This document shows, one piece after another, positions 19,758 to 30,885 of a DNA stretch of 64,000 bases. This stretch comes from Methanomassiliicoccaceae archaeon (GTDB lineage Archaea > Thermoplasmatota > Thermoplasmata > Methanomassiliicoccales > Methanomassiliicoccaceae), in contig CAVSJV010000007.1 in the NCBI GenBank assembly GCA_963728405.1, positions 64,001-128,000 of the forward strand. The letters run 5' to 3'. The position numbers and the translations under genes are program-made. The notes below the pieces were generated by a model. That model saw nothing but the letters and a program-made list of their open reading frames with translations. It made no database searches and was not told the DNA's origin. Positions within the stretch are counted from its first letter, which is position 1. Every line of letters starts with the position of its first letter.

Positions 19758-21013
19758 GGGAGTTGGCCTTCAGCGCGAACTCGAGGGACTTGTCGCGCTG
19801 GCCGATGCTGTAGTACATGTCCGAGATCCGATTGTAGAGCTCGGTCTGCTTGGTCTTCATGGCGTTGCGGCTCAGGGAGAACATGCGAAGGGCCTCATCA
19901 TCATCGCCGGTCTTGAGGGCGATGTGGCCCATGAGGAAGTAGGCCCGGGCCTCATCCTCCGGTTTCTCGAAACCGCGGTTGAACAGCTTCCGCAATATCT
20001 CCCTCGGTTCGTGATAATCCTCATTGCGGATCAGCGCCTCGGCGATATTGCATTCCAGCGCGGTATTGATGTGCTCATCGTACACACCCCTGGCCCGGAT
20101 GAACGCCTTGTACGCGTTCTGATAGTCCTTGCGGTCCAGGTGAAGCATGCCCTCGATGATGTAGCCGTCGAACCGCTCCGATGGGATGGAGGAGGTCTCC
20201 ATGAACTTAGTGATGATCAGACAGTACTCGTGCTTGCCTACCTGCCTGGCCGTTTCCGCTTGAAACGTAATGCACGATGCCGTTGTAACCGCGGGCCACG
20301 TCCCTGATGTTGGAGACTGCTTCCAGCAGGTCGTCGTCCGGAGCGAGCAACAGTTCCTTGGCGTGATGGAAGACCAGGATCTCGGCATCAGCGAACCGCT
20401 TGGCGCAGACCAGGTGGAACAACACCTCCTTGAGGTCGTCCCAGTGCAGCCAGTAGTCGGCGGCGAAGTTGTGATAGTCCTTGAGCTTCTCGGGGTGGGT
20501 CACCGATACGACGTACTCCTTCAGCTCAGGAGGAAGGTCGACCATGCCCCGCTCGTCCATCGGCAGCAGGGATGTGGCAATGTCCGGCAGGACCTCGCGG
20601 CGGAACGGTTTCCTGAAGACGCAGGACATCGCTACCACGGGCTTGAACTTGTCATCCAGGGCCTTCCATAGCTCCGGACCCTTGCACTTGCGGATATCCT
20701 GCAAGGGGGTGAGGTCGATATCGTTCTCGTCGGCGTACTGTCTGATCTCATGGGCCTTCTCCTCGCCCTGGCTGGTGAGGAAGTACACCTTGCGTTTGGT
20801 CCTTCCCCTCTTGATGTGGGACAGCTTCTCGCTGACCTCCTTGGAGTCCTTGAGCTTCTTCAGTTCTAGGGCCGCGTGGGCCCTCGAGATCCTCAGGGCC
20901 GCTGCGATGCCGTCCTGGCTAATGTCGATAGGGACATCGAACGCTTCCTGGAACTTGGAGTACTGGGATAGGTGGAAAATGATGCGTTCACCCACAGTCA
21001 AAGATACTGCCAT
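19750..21013 (-). CDS. Winged-helix HTH + TPR-repeat protein (frameshifted)
   Basis: N-term SQDGIAAALRISRAHAALELKKLK...KRKVYFLTSQG (wHTH); C-term TPR-like ARAYFLMGHIALKTGDDDEALRMF in ORF 19711-20388. Confidence 0.75.
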
Positions 21014-21081
21014 ATCCTCCCCTTGGACCCCTTATTGGAACGCAACAAGGCTATTTATGAATTGACATCGGTTGTATGGGC

Positions 21082-22362
21082 CTACACGGTTATCCTCGGG
21101 CCATGAAGACGCTTCGCCCTCACCGCGTACTCTTCCGCCTTTTCGGTCATGCCCATAAGGCCGTAGGCGTCCGATAGGCGGAGATACAGTTCGCCGTTCT
21201 CCTTCTCCCTGGCCGCCCCACGGCTCTTGCTGAAGAACCGCACCGCCCCCGAGCCGTCACCCGAACGTAATGATATGGTCCCCAACTGGAAAGAATATTC
21301 TCTCCAGTTCGTCCCCGTCCTTGGCCCCCTGGAAGATGAGGCGGTCCAGTACCTCCTTGGCCTCCCCGAGGCGGCCTGCCTGGATCAGCGTTTCCGCCGT
21401 TTCGCATTCCAGATTGCCGTTCGGCCCCCTGCTCAGCTCACGGGCGGCCCTCAATCGCTGCATGGCGCCATCCAGGTCGCCCTTCGATCGCAGCACCAGC
21501 GCTTCGACCATCAGGCCGTTGAAACGATCCTGGGGAGAAGGCAGCGAGCAAAGTTCCCTCGCCTTCCCGAGGGCGATCTCACTGCTCCCGGCCCGCCGGG
21601 CGATCTCCGCCTGGGCATGGAGTATTTGTCCTCGGTAGCGTTCAGCGGTGGCGGTCACCGAGCAAACGATGTCCAGCAGGTCCCGGTCAGCCGGACCCAG
21701 GGAGTGCGGCCCCTTGGACGCCAGGAGCATCTCCGCCTCACGGGACCGGTTGGCCTTAAGAAGGTGGTAAAGCCGCTCCCGATAGTTGCCATGATCGAGC
21801 CAGTAGTCCGCCGCTTGGGATTGGTATTGTTTCAGCAGATCAGGGGAGACCTGCCCGGGACGTAGGCTCGCAGGTCCGGAGGCATGTCCACCATTCCCTC
21901 CGGGTCGACCGGCAGCAACGATACGGAAGTTAAGGGCAGGGCGGTCCTCTCGAACGGCCGGCGGAACACGCAGGCCTGCGCGAGAACGGTCCTTTGCTCA
22001 ATGTCCAATCCGACCCAGATCTCGGGGCCCTTGCACTTCTTGAGGTCAAGGAAAGGCTGGACATCAATGCCCTCGCTCTCCGCGAACAGATGGATCTTGC
22101 GGGCCCGTTCCTCGCCGGGGGAGGAGAGGAAGTACACCTTGCGCTTGGTCTTTCCCTTTTTTATGTGAACGAGATTTTCCACGACCTCTCCGGCATCCTT
22201 GAGCTTCTTGAGCTCGATGGCCGCGTGGGCCCTCGAGATCCTCAGGGCCGCTGCGATGCCGTCCTGGCTGATGTCCAGGGGAGCGTCGTAGCTGTCGAGG
22301 TACTTGGAATACTGCGCAAGGTGAAGGACTATCCGCTCTCCCACGGTCAGGGTGCCGGGCAT
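21082..22362 (-). CDS. Winged-helix HTH + TPR-repeat protein, tandem paralog (frameshifted)
   Basis: Near-identical N-term LTVGERIVLHLAQYSKY...SQDGIAAALRISRAHAAIELKKLK; TPR-like pieces in ORFs 21257-21730 and 21082-21285. Confidence 0.72.
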
Positions 22363-22430
22363 GAGAGGTCGATTTTCCATTGTATCTATATAATTGACGA
22401 TATTAAATGTATATTTCGTTACTGACCAAA

Positions 22431-22827
22431 TCAGGAAGGCCAGGCTCGCGGAGGTGAGACCTCGTCGATGGCCTCGACATTGATGATCACTACTGCCTGG
22501 GGCGGAGGAAGTTCGATCGTCAGGGCCGATGTGGGACTGCACATCTTGACGTACGTGTCGGTATCCTTCGCCATCCGTCCCTTTCCTCTTAGCTGGTACC
22601 CCTTTCCGTCCGCGCCCAGGGCAATTACCGAGACATGCGGATCGAGGACGATGTTGTGTGCCGTTCGCCCAGCCACCAGGTCCGCGAACACCAGGTGTTC
22701 GTCGTCCATCACCTCCAGGCTGCTCTTGGGGGCGACATTAGGCATGCCGTCAGGGGATACCGTCGCCACCAGCGCCGGCCTGTGGACCTTAACCGAATCC
22801 CATGATCTCCGGGGACATCTTGACCAT
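22431..22827 (-). CDS. Pyridoxamine 5'-phosphate oxidase-like FMN-binding protein (indel near start)
   Basis: LVATVSPDGMPNVAPK...LVFADL...TAHNI...NP-like...GYQLRG; upstream start MVKMSPEIM lies in another frame. Confidence 0.8.
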
Positions 22828-22924
22828 CAGAGCACCAGAAAACAATGATAACTGCATGAATAAAAAAGAGCCGAGAAGAGGTTTGGATATATTGGGAAAC
22901 GTTTAGTGGAGGGTTGAACCCACC

Positions 22925-24319
22925 GAGGTTAAGGGCCGAGCTTAGCTCGCTGTTGATCTCGCTCAGGGCGGTGCCGATGTCCTCGGCGGCCCTGTTGTGT
23001 TCCGACATGTTGGCGGCCATGATGGCCGAGGCGCAGCGGTCGGCCACGATCTCGAGCAGCCTGACGTCCCGCTCGTTCCGGGGGCGCGGGGAGGTCCAAG
23101 CGACGTGCAGCACCCCGATGAGGTCGGTACCATATCTGATCGGCACGCCCAGCAGGGTGTGCGCTCCCATGGTCTTCAGCTCAGCAGAGACGTTCGACTC
23201 GGCCTGGGCGTTCTCCACGTACAGGGCGTGGTTCTCGGCCACGATGGAGCTGGGGAACAGAGCGGACACGCTCTCAATGTAGCCGGGCGCCATCCTTTCC
23301 CCGAAGCCGAAGGCGGCCCGGGCCAGCAACTGCTCGCCGTTGCGGACCATGACCATGCCCGCCTCGGCCCTGGTGACCACGGCGAGATTGCGAAGTAATC
23401 CGTCCATGGCCAGATCGGGCTGGGCGACGTTCACCGAGATGGTGGCGACCTGGGTCAGGTCCGACAGTTCCTCGCTTACCTCGGTCAGCTGCTTAAGGAG
23501 CTGCTCTTTGTCCTCCTGAGCCTTCTTCTTTTCGCTTATGTCCTTGACCCGATCCATGCGGACCTCGGTGCCCTTGTACATGATGTCCCGGGAGATGATC
23601 TCCACGGTGAGGGTGCGGCCGTCCTTGCAATTGAGCATCACTTCGAACGTCCCTTCGGTGGCGCCGGAGAGCTGCGGGGTGACCAGTCCGCGCAGCCCTG
23701 GGGTCACCAGCGAAGCGAGGCTCATGCCCACCAGTTCCGAGGGCTCATAGCCGATCATCTGGGCATAGCGTTCGTTAACCTCGACGATCTTGCCGTCCTG
23801 TACGATGGCTAACCCCTCGAAGGCCGTGCCGACCATCAGCTGGGTGCGCTCCTTGATCTCCAGTAGCTCCTTCTCCAGCTTCTCGGTATTCTTCTTCTCG
23901 GACAGGTCTGCTACCAGGGCGTAGTAGTACTGCACTTTGCCCTCCTTGTCATTGGTCTGCCCGAGCGTTATCCCGACCGGGGTCCGAGAGCCGTCCTTGC
24001 TGGCATACTCCTTCTCATAGGTCTGGGGCTGGCCGGTCCGGCGAAGTTCTTCCATGGCCTGGGCCTCCTGTTCCTGCCATTCGGCGGGAGTAAGGTAGAG
24101 GACCCACTGCATGGACCGCAGCTCCTCTTCCGAGTATCCGGTCAATTTGGCGAACGCCTCGTTGAAGGCCATGGTCCTGCCGTCCGGATAACCGGCCACG
24201 AAGGGCATGGGCGATTTGTCCATGGCGTCAGCTAGCAAATGAACATACTCCCGAAGGATGCGCAACTCCTTCTGGGTATTAATTTCTGGTTTCTCGTTAA
24301 GATTGGACATAATGCTCAC
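22925..24319 (-). CDS. PAS-PAS-GAF sensory protein, apparently C-terminally truncated
   Basis: PAS motifs NEAFAKLTGYSEEEL and VNERYAQMIGYEPSELVG...CKDG; GAF LLGVPIRYGTDLIGVLHV...RLLEIVADRCASAI. Similarity ends at ELSSALNL, followed by AT-rich sequence. Confidence 0.8.
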
Positions 24320-24492
24320 TCTCGATGGAACTCCTCCCCACCATCGCCCTTCGAGTCTCCATCAGGCTCCGCCGCGAAGCGACCACGGGCGCGGGACGCG
24401 AGAGCATCTTCGTCGTACCATTAAGATTTTCCCCCCTGAATCATTACTTGTATGAATGACCGGCGGTCGATGGTCCGGTTCGAGATGATCTG

Positions 24493-25346
24493 ATGAGACT
24501 ATTGGTGAGCAGCCCGGAGGATCAGGCCAGCGTGAACATCAGGGACGAGCTTATCGCCCTGGGCGGGTGGGAACCGTCCGGGCTGTTCGAAGGGAGTCCG
24601 GCACTGGTCCGGGGTGAACTGACCCTGGTCACCATCTCGGGGATCCATCTCCGCTGCGACCATATCGACGACCAGGTCGAGGAACGTTAGGGCGGAGGCC
24701 GGCAGAGGTCATCTTCCTGTCCCGGCACCGGGCAGCTTCCGGGCGGCCCTCCCTCACCGTCCATCCCATCGGCAACTGGAACAAGGCCGACCATGGGGGT
24801 CGGGAAGGTGAACTGGTCCGGGCCGCCCCGGACCTTATGACCTCGCTGCTGAGGGAGCTGAAGCGCCAGGCTACCGGTCTGCAGTTCGAGGTGACCTACG
24901 AAGTAACGCATCACGGCCCCTACCTGGAGACGCCAACGTTGTTCATCGAGATAGGGAGCAGCGAGGCCACGTGGGACGACCGGGACGCGGCCCGGGCCAT
25001 CGCCCGCTCGCTGGTGGGAGTACAAGTGATGGAATGCCCCAGGGCCATCGGTATCGGGGGCGGCCACTACGCTCCGAGGTTCACCGAGGTCAGTCTGACT
25101 AAGAGGATAAGCTTCGGCCACATGCTGCCGAACCACGCCCTCGACCTCAAGGACCTGGACGACCTGACCCTGAAGATCCAAAAAGGGATGGAGCGGAGCG
25201 GCGCCTCGCTAGCCTATATTCAAAAGAAATCGATGAAGAGGTCCGAGGCCACCATGGTGTCAAAGCTCATTTCCGACATTGGCTACCGGGCGGTGGACAG
25301 CTCGGACCTGGAGGACATCACGCCGGCGTCCCCCGATGGGGCCTGA
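24493..25346 (+). CDS. dtdA: Archaeal D-aminoacyl-tRNA deacylase (frameshift at about 24688)
   Basis: DQASVNI, IFLSRHRAASGRPSLTVHPIGN (other frame), EVTHHGP, FIEIGSSE, IGIGGGHYAPRFT. Confidence 0.9.
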
Positions 25347-25349
25347 ACA

Positions 25350-25832
25350 TCACTTCTTTTTGGCCTTCACTGCCTTCTTGTCGGACTTCATGGTCCCTTT
25401 GGCCACTGGCTTGGCCTGTTCCGCTTCCAGCTCGGCAAAGACCTGGGTCAGGCCCTTCTTGGCGATCGACCAGGTCGGCACGCCTCCCACTACGACGGCC
25501 ACATGCATGGCCTCCACGATCTCTTCCTTGGTGGCGCCATAGTTAGCGGCGACACGCGCCTGGGGATACACGCAGTCCTCGCACATCCTGGTAGCGACAC
25601 AGGCGAGGGCGATCAACCTCTTGGTCTTGCGGTCCAGGGCACCGTCCTCCACCAGCACACGGTCCAGCTCTTTTATGATCACGGCCAGCTCCGGGTGATG
25701 CTCCCGAATGTGCGCTAGAGCATGAGGCACGTAGTTGCCCATGCGGCAACCCATCTCTGACACGGCGTCCTCGGCGCTTACTTCATCCTTCAAGTTCTTG
25801 ATCTTCTTGCATTGCTTGTCGTTAATGGCCAT
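25350..25832 (-). CDS. Carboxymuconolactone decarboxylase/AhpD family protein
   Basis: GALDRKTKRLIALAC...CEDC...GATKEEIVEA; Lys-rich tail. Confidence 0.88.
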   Translation of the reverse strand: MAINDKQCKKIKNLKDEVSAEDAVSEMGCRMGNYVPHALAHIREHHPELAVIIKELDRVLVEDGALDRKTKRLIALACVATRMCEDCVYPQARVAANYGATKEEIVEAMHVAVVVGGVPTWSIAKKGLTQVFAELEAEQAKPVAKGTMKSDKKAVKAKKK

Positions 25833-25903
25833 GTGATCGATCCCTCCGATATGTCGTTGGTTTGCACTATATTCCCGAAGGGTGATAATGATTTACCCGA
25901 TGG

Positions 25904-26587
25904 TCAGCCATCGATGACGGTGCCCTTGATATTCTGACCTAGGATGGCCGCGCGCATCTCATCAAGGTCGCGCCCATCGACCACCAGGATGGGGATGCGG
26001 CAACGCTTGACGATCTTCGCTCCCAAGGGATCGAAGACATGGGAGCTGCCCGCACCATGCTTCCCCTTGTTCATCATGTCGTCCAGCTGCTGGAAGGTGA
26101 GATGTTCGTACTTCACGCAATCCTTGACCTTGCGCGGGTCGTGCGAGTACACCCCGTCCACCGAGGTGGCATTGACGATCCGGGACGCTCCGACCTTTTC
26201 CGCCAGTGCGGCGGATACTCCGTCGGTGGTGTGCCCCGGGGTCGTACCGCCCATTATGGCGATCCTCCCTTTCTTGCCCTGAGAGGCCGTCCCCCCGATG
26301 GTGTGAGGCACCCGGTCGTAAGCCCGATCGCCCAGCGCCAGCTGGAGAAGGCGGGCGTTCAGTCTGGTCACTTCGATGCCCATCTCGTCCAGCTGGTCCT
26401 CGGTCGCGGACAGCTCGCGGCCGGTGACGATGTAGTAGCGGGCGATCTTGCCTCCCCCGCAGACCACGTAGATATCGAGGTCCTTGGACAGCGTTTTCAG
26501 GAGAGCAGCGAAATCGTTAAGGAATGCTCCGTCCCGGTCGTCCGGGATGATGATGGAGCCGCCTAGGGAGATGACGACCTTTTCCAT
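25904..26587 (-). CDS. pyrH: UMP kinase
   Basis: VVISLGGS, VVCGGGKIARYY, GGTTPGHTTDGVSA, ATSVDGVYSHDP. Confidence 0.95.
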   Translation of the reverse strand: MEKVVISLGGSIIIPDDRDGAFLNDFAALLKTLSKDLDIYVVCGGGKIARYYIVTGRELSATEDQLDEMGIEVTRLNARLLQLALGDRAYDRVPHTIGGTASQGKKGRIAIMGGTTPGHTTDGVSAALAEKVGASRIVNATSVDGVYSHDPRKVKDCVKYEHLTFQQLDDMMNKGKHGAGSSHVFDPLGAKIVKRCRIPILVVDGRDLDEMRAAILGQNIKGTVIDG

Positions 26588-26655
26588 GTGGGTTCACCAA
26601 TAGATTTAATACGGCAATATCTTTAGTGTAGAAAAAAGCGTAGGTCGAACCAACA

Positions 26656-27910
26656 ATGGCTCCAGATGAGAGCGATAATGATAGAATGATGGAGAAGCGC
26701 AGGTACGATTTCAAGCGCGCCCTAGAGGAGATCAAAGATATCCACGGGCGCGGCACTGAGCTGGTCTCCGTCTGACGTGCCGCCGGACAAGCAGATATCC
26801 GACGTGGCCAATTACCTCCGGAACGAATACTCCCAATCACAGAACATCAAGTCCAAGAGGACCAACAAGGCGGTCACCGGGGCGATCGAGTCGATCCTGG
26901 CCCGCTTGAAGTACTTCAAGACCCCGCCCGAGAACGGGGTCATCTTCTTTGTGGGGGAGGCCCCTACATCGGGCGATCAGACCAAGCAGGTCCAGTTCGT
27001 GCTGGAGCCTCCGGAACCGATCACCTCGTTCATGTACCGGTGCGACTCGGAGTTCTATATCGAGAAGCTATGGGACATGCTAGACGAGAAGATGACCTTC
27101 GGCCTCATCGTCATCGACCGGTCGGAATCGACCATCGGGCTGGTCAAAGGCAAGAGGATCGTATCGATCAAGAACATCAACTCCATGGTGCCGTCCAAGC
27201 ATGGCCGGGGCGGCCAATCGGCTCTCCGTTTCGAGCGGTTGATCGAGATCGCCGCCCACGAGTTCTACAAGAAGACCGCCGAAGTGGCCAACGAGGCGTT
27301 CCTGGCCCAGGCGAACCTGAAGGGCGTCCTTATCGGAGGGCCGGGCCCCACCAAGGAGTTCTTCGTCAAGGAAGAGTACCTCAACCATGAGCTGAGAAAG
27401 AAGATCGTCGATACCTTCGATGTCTGTTACACCGACGAGTACGGCCTCAAGGAACTGGTAGAGAAGGCCAAAGAGTCGTTGACAGATCTGGACCTCATGC
27501 GTGAGAAAGCCCTCATGCAGAAGCTCCTCGAGGAGATCCGCAAGACCGACGGCGGGCTCGCCAGCTACGGTGAGGAACAGGTCCGCCACGCTCTTGCACT
27601 AGGGGCGGTGGAGACCCTGCTCATCTCGGAGGGGCTGAGGAAGAAGCGCGTGACGCTCAAGTGCCCCCAGTGCAACTGGTCCGGGCAGGTGACCGTCGAA
27701 AAGGTCGAGGGCGCCCGGTGCCCCATGTGCCCGACGGCCACGCCGATCATCGAGTCGAGCCTAGACTTCGTGGATGCGTTCTACGAGGATGCCAGCAAGG
27801 TCGGCACCAAGGTCGAACTATTGTCGATCGATTCGGAAGAGGGCGAGATGCTGATGAAGGCGTTCGGCGGCATCGCGGCCATATTGAGGTACGGAATAGG
27901 TGGAATGTGA
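26656..27910 (+). CDS. prf1: Peptide chain release factor aRF1 (in-frame TGA at 26773, continues in the +1 frame)
   Basis: N-term ...GRGTELVSV then TGA; the +1 frame gives VPPDKQISDV...NIKS...YRCD...GRGGQSALRFERL...FGGIAAILRY. Confidence 0.95.
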
Positions 27911-29627
27911 TGGACCCGCTCGCACCGTTCTTGAACGAGGTCCGTAGCGCGGCCAAGGCAGCGTTCGCCCAGATGGGCGCCGAGGTCTCCTTCGAGATCG
28001 AGGTCCCCTCGACCGGATTGGCGGACTTCGCCGTTCCATGTTTTCCCCTGGCCAAGGCATTGAGGAAGGCGCCACCGCTGATTGCCGAGGAGGCTCTCAG
28101 CAAGCTCCCCAAGACCGAGCTTATCGCCAAGGCGTGGGCTGACAAGGGCTACCTGAACTTCAAGCTGGATGACCTGAAGCTCAATACCTCCACCCTAAAT
28201 GCCATCAAAGAGATGAAGGACGGCTACGGGAAGGGGGATGACGGCGGGATGAAAGTACTGCTGGAGCACACCTCGGTGAACCCGACCGGCCCGATTCACA
28301 TCGGCCGCGCTCGCAACCCGATTATCGGCGATACGCTGGCCCGGTGCATGCGCGCCTACGGCTACGACGTCACCACCGAGTACTCACGTCAACGACGTCG
28401 GCAAGCAGGTGGTGCTTCTTACTTGGGGCCTGGAGAACATCCGGCCGGAGGACGTCCCCGTCATCGAGAGCGAGAAGGCCGACCACCGTCTGGTGGTCTT
28501 CTACCAAAAGGCCAACAAGATGATGGAGAGCGATCCGGACATCGAGAAGCAGGTCGGACAGATGCTCCGCCGCTTCGAGGATGGGGATGAGGAGGTCATC
28601 GCCAAGGTGCGCAAGACCGCCAAGCTGATGCTCGACGGGATCATCGAGAGCCTCCTCTCCATCAATGTGGTCATCGACCAGTTCACATGGGAGTCACAGT
28701 TCATCAAGGACGGCAGCGCTCACAACGTGGTCGAGGAACTGAAGCGCTCGGAGCACTGCAGTCAGGACAATGGCGCCTGCTACCTCGAGCTGAAGACGTT
28801 CGGGATCCACGGCAAGGAGACAAAGTTCTTCTTCACCCGGGCCGACGGGACGACGCTGTACACCACCAGGGATATGGCCTATCATTTGGACAAGTTCTGC
28901 CGGGCCGATCGCCTGATCAACATCCTGGGCGAGGACCAGAAGCTCGGGCAGGCCCAGCTGGCCATCGCATTGAAGTTGCTGGGCAAGGACCGTGCTCCGG
29001 AATGTGTGTTCTACTCATTCGTGTCGTTGCCGGAGGGCCGCATGTCCACCCGCAAGGGTACCGTCGTCTACCTGGACGACCTCATCGAAGAGGCCGAGGA
29101 GCGCGCGCTGGACGAGGTCCGCAAGCGCCGGACCGATCTGCCCGAGGAAAAGATGCGGGAGATCGCTCGATCCATCGGCCGCGGCGCGGTCCGCTATAAC
29201 ATCGTTCGCGTGCAGCCGGAGAAAGCGCTGGTCTTCAAGTGGGAGGACGCCCTGAACTTTGAGGGGAACAGTGCTCCCTTCGTGCAGTACGCTCACGCCC
29301 GCGCCTGCAGCATCCAGAGGAAGGCCGGGCAGTTCAGCAAGGACATCGATCCGGCCGTGCTCACCAATGAGTATGAACTGCGCCTGATCCGGGTGCTGGC
29401 CCGGTATCCCTCGGTACTCAGGGAAGCGGGGGAGAGGGCGCGCATCCAGGTGCTGCCGGCCTACGGTCATGAGGTCGCCGCAGCGTTCAACCAGTTCTAC
29501 ACCTACGTTCCGGTCCTGAAGGGTGAGGAGAACAAGGACGCCCGTCTCGCTCTGGTGGACGCCACCCGCGTCGTGCTGGCGAACTGTGCTGACCACCCTC
29601 GGTCTGAGCGCCCCGGAGGAGATGTAG
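27910..29627 (+). CDS. argS: Arginine--tRNA ligase (two frameshifts)
   Basis: EHTSVNPTGPIHIGRARN, RADGTTLYTTRD, MSTRKG, APFVQYAHARACSI; ends LGLSAPEEM* at 29627. Confidence 0.93.
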
Positions 29628-30121
29628 ATGAAGATCGTCCCTCTGAGCGACGAGGACCGGGTGTCGGTGCGCATGCTCGAGCTGGCCTGCATCCGGGAGT
29701 ACATCGAAGGTCCCATGAAGCGGAAGTGGGACGAGTTCGATCCAGGAGACGCGGCAGAAGCTGGGCGCCTCGGCCAGCGGCTCCTTTGGCCATTACCGGA
29801 GTCTCCGGTCTCAGCTTCGTGGCCAAGGAAGGGGACAAGATCGTTGGCTTCATTTTCGCCCAGACGGTGTCCTGGATCGATGGCATCGAGAAGGCCGTAT
29901 GGGTCGAGAACATCGGGGTGGACCCGGAGTTCCGGCGCATGGGCATCGGCTACCTGCTGCTGAAGCACCTCGCCCTGGAGGGTAAGAAGCAGGGCGCCCA
30001 GGTCCTACACTCGTCCATATCTCCGGACAATGTCAGCTCGCTATTATTGCACAAGAAGCTGGGCTTCCTGGCCGAGAACAGGAAGGTCGCCTACCTCGAC
30101 CTGAATAATTTCGTTCAATAG
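29628..30121 (+). CDS. GNAT family N-acetyltransferase (frameshifted)
   Basis: FVAKEGDKIVGF...VENIGVDPEFRRMGIG...N...LHKKLGF. Confidence 0.85.
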
Positions 30122-30842
30122 AGATTGATGTGCTCCCGGAGCCCATACCGAGCATGGACCATTTCGTCGGCAAGCATACATTCGCGTTCTGACAGCCCAC
30201 CGGTCTCCATATCGACGTCCAGTGCTTCAGCGAACCCTCGTTGCATCGCTTTTTTTATCGTCCCCACAGGCGGAAGGTCGGATAGCTCCTCGGCCAGCGA
30301 GGTCATACTGTCCCGCGACCGCTTGTTCGAGCGAAGAACGGAGAACATGCGCTCGTAGTCAGTGCGGACCAGGAGCGTGCCGTGCTGCAGGACCACGCCA
30401 TGGCGCCGGATCTGCGCGCTTCCGGAGATCTTGCGGCCGCCCACCAACACATCGTTCACCGGCTTGAACTCCGCCCTGACGCCAAGAACATCGAGCGCCC
30501 CGATGATGCCTTGGCAGATGATGCGAAACGTTCCTGGGGGCTTTCTGGCATCGAGCATTTGTCCACCGCCACAGCGTAGATGAGCTGGTTGGGGTCGGTG
30601 TAGATGGCGCTGCCTCCGGACAGCCGTCGGACGATGCTCACCCCCCTCCGCTCGGCCGCCTCGATGTCCACGCATTCCCTTATCCGCTCGAAATGGCCCA
30701 GGGATATGGTCGGCACGGTGCGGCGATACAGGTGTAGGGTGTTCGGGACCGATCCCTCGTTCCTGGCCAGGAGGATGGCCTCGTCGATGGCGGCGGAACG
30801 GGCCGGTTCGAGAAGGTCCGAGTCCACCAATCGCCAGGACAT
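30115..30842 (-). CDS. Lipoate-protein ligase A family, catalytic domain (frameshifted)
   Basis: AAIDEAIL, VRRLSGGSAIY, NDVLVGGRKISGSAQ, VLQHGTLL. Confidence 0.88.
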
Positions 30843-30885
30843 GAGCGGAGAAACGAGAAGGAGATAGGAAAGGATTTCGCTCGGC

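Noticed and set aside
24680-24700. TAG in dtdA as a possible pyrrolysine codon
   Set aside because: The downstream homology is in a different frame, so this is an indel and not in-frame read-through.
28409-30121. Apparent ArgRS-GNAT fusion (570-aa ORF)
   Set aside because: Produced by compensating indels. argS ends LSAPEEM-TAG at 29627 and the GNAT has its own ATG at 29628.
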